A stretch of 20,000 nt of DNA, from NCBI GenBank assembly GCA_000934665.2, contig KZ538117.1, positions 106,562 to 126,561 of the forward strand, in the 5' to 3' direction. The stretch is from Catajapyx aquilonaris (lineage: Eukaryota). The notes below the pieces were generated by a model. The model had not been told where the DNA came from. It saw nothing but the letters and a program-made list of their open reading frames with translations, and did no database searches. This document shows positions 10,956 to 20,000 of the stretch, piece by piece. The translations under genes and the position numbers were made by a program. How positions within the stretch are numbered: the stretch's first letter is position 1; every line of letters starts with the position of its first letter.

Positions 10956-11662
10956 AACATTTGACTGCCTCAATAGAACAAGAGCCTATAACTCCAGCCT
11001 TAACAATTGCAAGTTTACATCGGCAGCAACTGTATTTGTTATTCTTTGAAATGCCACTAAGGCAATGCACTAAAATATGTATAAAGATCCTGATCCATGA
11101 CTTCAGAACGGTGTACTTCACATTCTTTTTCCCTCTGAAACTGAAGTTTCTTCTTTCCTAAAAACTCTGAAGAATCGAAAAGGCGTAGCACAAACGCCCC
11201 CTGTTTGCAGGGCTGTCAACACGAAGGTGGGTCAGAAGTGGGGTCAGCTCGAAAGAAATTCAATTCCCTAGGAACGCTTTGGAATACTGTAAGAGCGACG
11301 TTTGAATTGAGATGACGGAGGATTCCACGAGGCTGTACCACTTTTTCGTTCCAAAACTTGGGGCTCAGCTTTTTGTGTGCGCAGACCGGGAAAAACCTTC
11401 GGCATCAAAGACCATTCGGGAGTTCCCCTCCACCTATAAGTTATATGGATTGGGATAGGTAGGTAGATGTGTATGGACGGGCTGCCTCGCTTCTCCTGGG
11501 ATTTATGAAGTTCTAACCGATTCTTAGGGAATAAAAGTGAGATCATTTTTGAGAAGGGAAAATAGAGCAGCGCCAGCTCCAGCCAAAAAATCATGTTTGA
11601 AAAATTGGGATGCACCTTTGTTATGTTACATTCCATTAACAGAAAATGTAGGGTGCATATCC

Positions 11663-11680
11663 TATTATTATTATTATTGT

Positions 11681-11731
<51 letters not shown>

Positions 11732-11749
11732 GAGGAGGAGGAGGAGGAG
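11663..11749. repeat. Compound trinucleotide microsatellite (TAT)5-TGT-(TAG)17-(GAG)6
   Basis: Read directly from the sequence. It explains the poly-Leu/poly-Ile run in ORF 11636..11917. Confidence 0.97.
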
Positions 11750-13706
11750 TTTGAACTTGAGGAACAACGTGAAAGTCCCTGGGTTGTAACTGAATGCGTG
11801 TCCTCGTTCATGCGGAAGAGATACCGAAATGACTCGCTTTGTAGAAATAGGGGGCTCCTCTTGAATGATGGAGCGGCTGTAAAGTGTTTCTACTGCGTAT
11901 ACCCTCCGTCCTTCCATGTATCAGTCAGTTCACGTTCCACCGATTTTACGTTTCGGGCTCTGAAAATGACGGCGATACTCCTCAGAAATAAAATATGGGG
12001 GTGAGAAGGACCTGGGGAGGTGGGGTGTAGAAAAGACTTAGAGGATAGCAATTTTATATCCAGCTATCTTCTTCATCAGAATTCCTGTCGTTAATAGTTC
12101 TTAATGATACACACGTAATGTGGTATCGTCGATGGTGTTTCATGCCATCAATGTAACACCGTCTCCAACTTGAACTGAAAAACTGCATATGTAGACTAAC
12201 GGTATGCTCAATCATTAAAAGTGAACCCTTAAAATATATGGCTTCTGGTTGGCATTACAGCAGGTTGGGAGAGCCAGTCCTGCGCTTATTGCCGTCAGCC
12301 CGACTCGGAATTCAAATTGCTCTTCACAATCAAGCAGGAATTATGCTAACGCCCTTGATGCTCGGGAAAGCATGGCGCTTTTCCCTTTTTCAACCCCCAC
12401 ACGATATGCATAACTGAAGCCGAGATAACAACTGAGCTGAGGATGGATGCCACGTGATTGCATATTGAAACTTTGTTTCAAGTGCGCCGATGTGGACTTA
12501 TTGCTTTTTCATTACCGGGCTGCCGGGCTTCTTTGTGTCACTTAATTAGCACAAAACGGGTCATTCATTGCATTAGGGAATCCGTATATCAGTTGCACAA
12601 TAGCCCGGCCAGTATAAATGGATTTGTGTAGGCCACATGGGCTAGGCCTAGCTAGGCCTAGTGAGGTGGCCACGGGCATGCAGGAAGGGTGCATCTATCC
12701 GAGAACTCCTCTCAAGTCATTATTGCATTCCTTCCGCATACCCTAGCAAGCGCTTCTCGCGTTCCATATTCCATTCCGCAAGGAAACTCCATTAGGAATG
12801 TTGGGCAAGACACTTCAATCCGGGGGACTAGACCCCCTAGAAAGTCTGGATTCCGCCTGTTTTGCAAACGAGAAGGCGGACTTGTGTAACGTCTGTGCAG
12901 TTGTGCGTGACTTATAGCCGCGGTGTAATTAGAAAATTCCTAATTATAGCTGATGCATCCAGGGGGGGCCAGGGGCGGTTGGGAGTTTGCAAGGCATCCA
13001 TTCAATCCCTCAGTGCTGATGGCTGGCAAATCACAACATTGACTAAATCGGAATGCTGGAGAGGGGTGAAAATTGGAGCTGTGGCAAAGGGGTCGTGTGG
13101 TTGAGAAGCCAACGGTCAAACTGTGGCTGCGTTTAAATGGCAATGAGCAAAACCGACGGGCGACAAATGGACAGTCCAAATGCGAGTGCTGGACACATAC
13201 GCCCAACCCTCCCAAAAAAAGGGGACCTGGCAACCTTCGAACTTTGCCGACGATTATAGGAGGGGTGTAACATTTTGTTGCCAGCTTGATATCCATTTGC
13301 TGCTATTCGTAGTGGCAGCTGTTAGTTTTAGAGACCAGCTTATCGTAGCGCTAAATCGCGTCATATGGGGGTTTAACATAGCGGCTTCCGATCAACTGGT
13401 TGGTAGGGTTGGTGGCCTTCTAAAAATAGCAACAGATGGGAGACTGCCTGAAATTTTCATTTTGAGCTCCTAGTTCGCGAGTAGAAAGGTGTCACGTGCC
13501 TTGTTAGTAGTTGTATTAAGCCAAGGTATAGAATAATTCAACCTTAGTCTAACATACATTAGTAGGTTAACGGCATGGTAACCTGATCCAGCATTGGATT
13601 ATCTCGAAACTGTTTTTTTTTTTTTTGTACTTAGTTGGTTTCTTATGATGCCCATGATACATCAGCTGCAAAGGTTATAGCCGGTATGAGTCATTGTTGT
13701 GAAATA

Positions 13707-13966
13707 CAGGGTGTTCCAAGTTCGTGGGTCGTTTTTAGTCATCTCTAATATCGCCCGAAGTATTTATTTTTGTGTAGCTTGTTGTGTTCCGATCCAAGTG
13801 CCTCAGTAAGAACTATCAGGTGGTCGAATGTAGCAGTCGCCATAGAATAGGGCACCTGGATCGGGACCACGCATCGGGACACACCAAGCTACAAAAAAAC
13901 AGCTTTGAGCGAAATTTCCTATAACAATAACTATTATAAAAGGCCCCACTAACTTGGAACACCCTG
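13707..13966. mobile_element. Tc1/mariner-superfamily MITE with CAGGGTGT termini (260 bp)
   Basis: TIR CAGGGTGTTCCAAGTT(C/A)GTGGG matches 21/22, with TA on both flanks (13705-13706, 13967-13968). Additional internal inverted repeat 13773-13802 vs 13851-13893. Confidence 0.92.
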
Positions 13967-15149
13967 TATATCTACTCTGTTAAAATAAGATTGAAATGTG
14001 CGTTGAATGCGGTAAAAAATTGTTTGCTAACACTATTTACTAGCGATGTGTTTCGGTTCTGCTGCTTTAAGGATGCCCTTGTCACAGGTAAAATATTTAT
14101 TAGGTCTCCTCGAAAATAGCCGCCTGATTTAGTCTGTTTTGACTTCTGAAATTGCGTCGTGGAATGCTTAAATTATTTACAAAATTTAAAATTAGAATTG
14201 CCAAAGGTGACAAAACTTAACTGATTTTCAAAACAATGTAACGTCGCGCGTTATAGATTATGGCTATGACTATGGTATAATCTATATATTCCCCTTAGAA
14301 AGGTGGGCTATAAAGTAAAGATATCCATGTCCTCTATAAGATGATATCTTCCAGCTTTTGAAGCTCAAGTAAATGATTAGATCATGAACAGACTTGCTGT
14401 TTGAACATGATTGAATCAGCACAATTTTCTACAGTAGATAAGGACATAATGGCACGTATCGTGAGGGAGATCCCGACATGTGTACCGGTTGGAATTTGTT
14501 TAGGGCTGCATTTTTGTCCAGCACTAAATTGGATGGCGAGGGGTGGCGATGTCCGGGGACTTTTCAGGTCTGCCGGGTCCGGATTTTGCGGGCTGTTCCA
14601 AGTTTCCGCGGCTTGTGGCGTGGCTACTCTCAGCCAACTTTTAGCGGATTTGGGATCGGGTGGCACAAGCTGCTTTAAATGCGGTTTGTTTTTTTGTGTT
14701 AGTGGCCAAGGGTGACAGACTGAGAAGAAACCCACCCTTCTGCAATGGCAAGGGCCTCCCGGGTGAAATCCCCCCATTTCACTTGCAAATGACTAGATTT
14801 AACCCATTTGCACAGGGTGTTCCGTAATGTCCGCTGACGTTCATTCCAAGGCTTGCTACATACTGTCATTTATCATTAAATACCATCATTTATTTCTGCA
14901 AAGACAGCATAGATTATCCCAGAAAAGGAGGTGTGCTGGTCATAGGATTGAGCACCCCTGACTTTCACCTCCAGCTTTTTATTCATGAGCCAGATAGAAT
15001 TTTATGCATGGAAAGAGTTCAGTGGTCCTCAGTTTCGGTGGGCAGGTTTTCTCAGTTACCTTTCATACTACCTAAATTAAAAAGCATTATCCTCCGGTAT
15101 GGACCAAAAATAATGACCCAAATTTTGGGACTCAAAAAATGTGCATGTT

Positions 15150-15163
15150 CGCCCTCTAGCGGC
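15150..15163 (-). promoter_or_regulatory. CTCF-like binding motif
   Basis: Minus strand reads GCCGCTAGAGGGCG, close to the CTCF core CC(A/G)SYAGRKGGCR. Motif match only. Confidence 0.45.
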
Positions 15164-15439
15164 ATACAAAAGGCATCGGCTTATTTAAACCACCTTCCGA
15201 TAAGTGACACAGCAAACCACGTGAAAAGAAACGAGTCTATAGAACAGGAACCAGCTCGCAGGCTTTAGAAACGTCAGAATTTCCAATGACCCTTTCCTAC
15301 AACGTTCAAAAAATATGAAGACATTATTTCTACCTCCGCCTCACGGCGATAAAAAGCTCGTTATCGGAACTGGAAGAAGAAGAAGAAGAAAAAGAAAAAG
15401 AAAAAAAAAAGTGGAAGGATGTAGCTCTTGATTTTGTAT

Positions 15440-15457
15440 GGGGGGGGGGGGGGGNGG
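15440..15457. repeat. Poly-G tract with one ambiguous base (N at 15455)
   Basis: Direct reading. Confidence 0.95.
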
Positions 15458-16218
15458 AGTTGAGCCAAAAGAAAGTTAAAAAAAAAACTAGGATTATTCT
15501 GGGAGGGGGAATTAGATACCCTGTTTGTCACTCATCTTCTGCTAGGAATATTCTGGCCATTAGCTTCGTTTGGAACACTTGAAGACAGAGATTTTGTGGT
15601 GGGAGGGGAATTCCGATTTTCTTGCCATTTCCCTTTCATTTCCTCCCTTATTCCGGCTGCGAATTTGGCACGCAGGAGCGATCCGGGTAATGGGGGAAAC
15701 GGGGGAGTAGGGGAGGTAGGCGTGGGTTACCCCACTCCATCCTCCCAACCTCCCCCACCCAGATGAAATATTGTACGCTTCTGATGGTCCACCGCCTCTA
15801 TTGTGCCGCCGCCAGACTTCATTTTGGGCTGACCCCCTTTCTTCTCCGCTGGACCAAGTGCACCTGGAAACCCCACAGTCTAATTCCATTCGAGTACGAA
15901 TTTTTGTCAGACTACCTTTGTTGACCTGTACATCTCTGGAAGCCTCATATGATGAAAAAAATGGAGTCGATATCTATGCAATAATAGCATAAATCATAGG
16001 TGCTGGAAAAAAAGCTACTGTTTATTGAAGAGATGTGGCCAGGAGAATGTTTCGTTTCTGCCATGGAGAAAGGCTGTAGCGGGAGTACGGCACAATATAA
16101 ACACTTCAGGGAATGGACCACCAGGGAGGGGGAACTGAAGAGTTACATTGGGACTAATAGGAACAACCGGTGAAATGCAAGGGTAAACGTTAATAGAGTC
16201 GAGTGTGCTTGTACTTAC

Positions 16219-16241
16219 CTAGTTGAAACGGGTTGCACGTT
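16219..16241 (-). other. Candidate 23-nt micro-exon or recursive splice site
   Basis: Minus strand: TGTCTCCGTCTCATTCAACAG | AACGTGCAACCCGTTTCAACTAG | GTAAGTAC, i.e. a pyrimidine-rich acceptor and a consensus donor. No transcript evidence available. Confidence 0.3.
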
Positions 16242-16644
16242 CTGTTGAATGAGACGGAGACACCTTAGGGCAATCAGTGGCAAATTATTTTCTCCAGTCT
16301 TAACACTTTAAGGCATACGATCAACACTGTAGAAAAATTGCAACTATTCTCTAATAAATAATTATTTGATTATGCTAAGTTCTCTAATACCTGATAATAT
16401 CGGTTTGCGCAGGAGAGGTTCAAACTTGCCTCTTTCGCTCTTTAAAAATTATTAAGAGTGCACCGAAGTTTATGAGCGTACTGCTAATTTCACGGGAAAG
16501 GAGTGAGAGGCAGATTTTCATATCGTACGCATTCGGCTCCTCTGTGAAGTTTCTTAGTTTTTAATACTGCTGAAAAAAAACTCTATCTCGAGGCCTCCCG
16601 GTGGACATCCTTTGGAGACCAGAATAATGACGTCAGATCTCCCG

Positions 16645-16862
16645 TTTTTTTTCTCTCTCTTTTTTTCTATGCGTCTCTATCTCTTTCCCTTTCCTCCTCC
16701 CCGCATAAAACGCGTTTCCAGTGGTCCATTTGAATGGTTTCTGCTTCTGCATTCAGCCTCCTCGGGGCGTTTTACTCTCTAAGACCTCCTCTGAGCTCCC
16801 TGTACTTCCCTTTCCTTTCAAATTCCTACCTTCCCATCCTCTTTCTTTTTTTCTCTCTTTCT
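16645..16862. repeat. Polypyrimidine/polypurine low-complexity tracts
   Basis: Two long C/T-rich stretches on the + strand (about 16645-16703 and 16785-16862). Confidence 0.7.
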
Positions 16863-17632
16863 GTTGGTAGTTCAAAGAGAAGGGCTCAGTGGTGGGAACT
16901 GACCAAAGGATCAATGCTGGGGGATGCAGTATCCATATAATGTCGGTATATAGCACCTACTACCTGCTTTCCTCACGGATTTTGTGCTAACACATGTCTT
17001 TTTAAGCCATAATAACAAGTAATTTTTCCTAATTATCGGGCGAACTTGATAAATGGCGTGTAACTCAGCAAAATGCACGATGCCAATTAATGATGGTATG
17101 AAAGGAGCGTGGAATTTGTATGTCGAGCTCAGTCTAAAAAGATGAAGGATCTTGCAGAGTTGGCCAAACAAGGCATAATATTTTCTTCGTCGACTCACCA
17201 TTATGGCAGAATAAATAACATAAACTTAAAATATGCAGTGTGCTGTCATTAATTTTAGTGTCTCGTTTTTATGTTTTCTTCTGTAATTCGAAACTTATCT
17301 CCTAAAATCCACGATTTCAAAATAGGTGGTTGATCAGAGCATAAATCTGTTGGTTTCAAGCTGATTTTTACGCCACCAGATCTATTGATAAACGTTAAAA
17401 AAAACCTTTATGCGATAATGCATAGTATCGCTTTGTTTTTGTTACACTGTCAGCAGAGTGTATGGAGGTTTTTCATTGCTTCAAATTTTTATAACCTCTC
17501 GCTTTGAAGTACATTTTTAAATATTTCTGTTGCAATAGAGTCCTATACCAGTAGGTAGTGCTTATCTAGAGTGTAGAAGTTTGATGGGCAGCAGGGCTAA
17601 GCGGTTATTATGGTGTGGATAGGCCACCCTGG

Positions 17633-17710
17633 ATACACTATGCACTACATACATATTACATACTGTACACTGTGTACTACATACATACTAATAGGCCTAC
17701 ACACTACAAT
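17633..17710. repeat. Degenerate TACA/TACAC-rich low-complexity repeat
   Basis: Recurring ACTACATACATA (twice), TACACT and related units. Confidence 0.55.
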
Positions 17711-17793
17711 CATAGCCATTCCACATATCGTGGGTATACAAGAGAAATCCACCGAGTCTAATTTTGGTTGATTTGAGATGTTTATACCACTTA

Positions 17794-17918
17794 GGGCCGG
17801 TTTCACCGAGCTCAGTATATGATAAAACCAGGGTATTTCTCAAAATCCCTATCTATTTGTATGGATTTTCCTAAAGAAACCTGGTTTTATCATATACCAA
17901 GCTCGGTGAAACCGGCCC
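17794..17918. mobile_element. PIF/Harbinger (Tourist-like) MITE, 125 bp
   Basis: TIR GGGCCGGTTTCACCGAGCT..GTATATGATAAAACCAGG matches 37/39. Exact TTA target-site duplication (17791-17793 and 17919-17921). GGGCC termini plus a TWA TSD are typical of PIF/Harbinger. Confidence 0.93.
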
Positions 17919-18908
17919 TTAGTAGCAATTATTTTGTGCTCTATTGCTTGGTGAAGGCCATTTAGTCTCGAAAGTAGTTGATAGTGAAGCCAGAAAATCA
18001 AGATTTTCTGTCATCACCGGCATGTAAACAAGACAGTGCTAGGTCAAAATTATTTACTTTTGATTATCTCGAAACTGGTTTCTTAGACTTGCGGGTAATT
18101 TCTCTCATATGCTCACAATATAGGACCAGTGTTGGTTCTAACTTGGGAGTTATTTTCCACAATAAAATGTTATATACTCAGAAAATTATCTGGAACCCAT
18201 CCAAGTAGACTATGTTAAAGGTGGCATTTTTACTTCTGAATTATTACTCTTGTAAATAGAAAGTGAACCACCCTCTTAAACTTTTCCCACCCATGATCAT
18301 GTCCAAGAGCACCTAGTCACATCCACGTGCAGGCATATTTAAAATATTTGTGAACCAGCCCATATGATCCGGCTCCATTTTTGGTTCCGAACACGTACTA
18401 TAGTGACAGCACTCAAAACATCGATTTTTAATTAAATGGCCAAACTCGTTGAAAGCACTCCTACACACAAGCGAGTGGAAAGTGGATACCACTTGTGTGC
18501 AATCGTGGCTCAGAATCTGGGAACCTCTAAGCTCCCATCCCCTCCATATATATGCCTATCCCCCCCTCCAAAAAAAAAAAAAAGCAGGAAGAAAATGGCA
18601 GGAGAGGGAACAGGAGAGAAGGAACCGAACAAATTGGGCGTGAAAGAGAGGCAAATCTGTGCGGAGCAGATCTGACGGAGAATTTTGCTGCGCTTTTACA
18701 TGGGCCGAACCTCCTTCCAAAAAAAACGAAAAAAAACGAAAAAAAGAAAGAAAGACTGAAGCAACTTTGAAGTGCGTTTCCTTGTCTCACATGCCTAAAT
18801 CGAACGTCACGTTCGCCAAGGTTCATAAGAAGTTGCAGCGACAAACCAACTGCTTGGAGAAGAGCACAAACTTTCTGTTCCAGGCAAAACTTTTTTACCC
18901 CCCCCCCC

Positions 18909-18959
18909 NNNNNNNNNNNNNNNNNNNNNNNNNNNNNNNNNNNNNNNNNNNNNNNNNNN
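18909..18959. other. Assembly gap (51 N) between poly-C tracts
   Basis: C-runs 18898-18908 and 18960-18975 flank the N-run. Confidence 0.97.
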
Positions 18960-19605
18960 CCCCCCCCCCCCCCCCGGTTTCCCACCGAGATCGTGTGGAA
19001 AGTAAGGAACATGCGGTTTCCTAAGTGGCTCTACTCTGGGGAAGAATGTCTTTCATACCCCACTCGACTAATTACGTTAGCCGGAATTTCTGCTTGATGA
19101 TGCTCACCGCTTTCCAACCGCCAACTTTTCGAGCGAGACTACTGATATCCGCGCGGACGAAATCTGCATGCTAAATTAGAGCCATTTTTCAACCGCGGAG
19201 ATTCAGTTATAAACACGGGCAGCAGGCACTCCCGGTGGTGTCCGCTGGAAGTCGTTTCAAAGTCGGACACCACTGTCCGGTCAAACCGCCAGTACTGAGT
19301 GGTCACAGGTGTTACAAGCCGCGCTTGTACGTGACTGGTACAGGTCGACAGATCATTGTCGTTCTAACTTTTCATTACACTTCAGCAGGCATCTATATTA
19401 TTAATACCCTACTGTTCCCATAACTCCTCCAGCACCGTAGGGCCTACAGCATTGGGAGTGGTGTCAAAATTTTGCCCGCGTTTTCTACATTTGCAAACCA
19501 CGTTTGATTGTTGGAAATCAGTGCCGAGAGACTTTGTAAAACGCAAAAAATCACGGAATTTGCGACGACGGCACTTCCACGGAATTCCCAATTCGGCCGT
19601 TCAGG

Positions 19606-19619
19606 GCGCCACCTGCTTG
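19606..19619 (-). promoter_or_regulatory. CTCF-like binding motif
   Basis: Minus strand reads CAAGCAGGTGGCGC, one mismatch from CCAGCAGGTGGCGC. Motif match only. Confidence 0.4.
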
Positions 19620-20000
19620 GTTGAGATCATGGAGGTATGAAGCTATGGAGGGGGTGTGACGTCACGAGCTTGAAGCCTGTTGTTGGTCCATGGTAATATG
19701 GCCGAAGTTCCAGATTATGTCACGCCCCCTGACACGATTTTTCATACGGAGGGGATAGGGGACCCCACCTCCATAGTATTCCTACCTCTACCTCCATGGT
19801 TGCGACCAGCCCACGGACACTTATACTTACGTTCTGGCGTTATCAGCTGCCGAGGGATTACGCACCGGGTGGCCACTTGAGATCGCTACGAGACATTTCC
19901 CAAGGCTATCATGTGGCGACCCTACCGGACTAAGGCTGAACTTTACAGGTAAGAAGGGGAGGGCTACATGCTGGCCCAACATGGCCGCCAGCGGCCATGT

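Noticed and set aside
11165..11202. CTGAAGA..GAAA resembling a minimal hammerhead ribozyme core
   Set aside because: No NUH cleavage triplet after stem III and no stem I. A second candidate on the minus strand near 8835 lacks GAAA.
11538..11560. TGAGATCATTTT resembling the bantam miRNA 5' end
   Set aside because: Only about 12 nt match, the 3' half differs, and there is no complementary arm.
11636..11917. ORF with poly-Leu, signal/transmembrane-like run
   Set aside because: Translation artefact of the (TAT)/(TAG)/(GAG) microsatellite.
12960..13236. Possible hAT-like element ending CTGGCAACCT
   Set aside because: The left end matches poorly and I found no 8-bp target duplication.
14761..14812. 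TGACTAGATTT resembling the miR-279/996 family
   Set aside because: The seed region lacks a pairing partner. Only a 10-bp partial stem is present.
14813..14960. CAGGGTGTTCC paired with GAGCACCCCTG as a further MITE
   Set aside because: The ends do not match beyond a few bases and TA flanks are absent. At most a relic.
16881..16925. tRNA-derived SINE A-box (GGCTCAGTGG)
   Set aside because: No convincing B-box or cloverleaf.
13597..18077. Exact 16-mer GATTATCTCGAAACTG at 13597 and 18062 (also a 14-mer shared by 145 and 12782)
   Set aside because: The flanks do not align. Compatible with chance or tiny repeat remnants, not a CRISPR-like or tandem array.
18527..19024. ORFs spanning the N gap (161 aa minus, 121 aa plus)
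   Set aside because: They read through a 51-N gap and A/C homopolymers, so the frame is not meaningful.
33..19880. All ORFs in the supplied six-frame track
   Set aside because: All are short (60-161 aa), often overlap on opposite strands, and show no domain I recognise. Several derive from MITEs, microsatellites or gaps.

Overview
AT-rich, CpG-retaining non-coding DNA that looks like an invertebrate animal genome (arthropod-like; inferred from the transposon termini and motif content, species not determinable). It is most consistent with a long intron or intergenic regulatory region. None of the six-frame ORFs resembles a protein family I recognise, and I see no rRNA, tRNA, CRISPR array or transposase/RT gene. 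The clearly supported content is six small non-autonomous DNA transposons (MITEs): a Tc1-like hairpin (4952-5113), three mutually unrelated CAGGGTGT-ended Tc1/mariner-type elements (6751-7025, 10405-~10729, 13707-13966), an older pogo/Tigger-like element (10329-~10955) that hosts one of them, and a PIF/Harbinger element with TTA target duplication (17794-17918). There are also microsatellites and assembly gaps at G/C homopolymers. Weaker, motif-level signals are three co-oriented CTCF-like sites, several NF-kB-type sites, homeodomain/POU motif clusters, and minus-strand splice signals including a possible 23-nt micro-exon or recursive splice site near 16219. I found no evidence of a novel gene system. 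The most interesting items are the nested MITE architecture and the minus-strand splice candidates.
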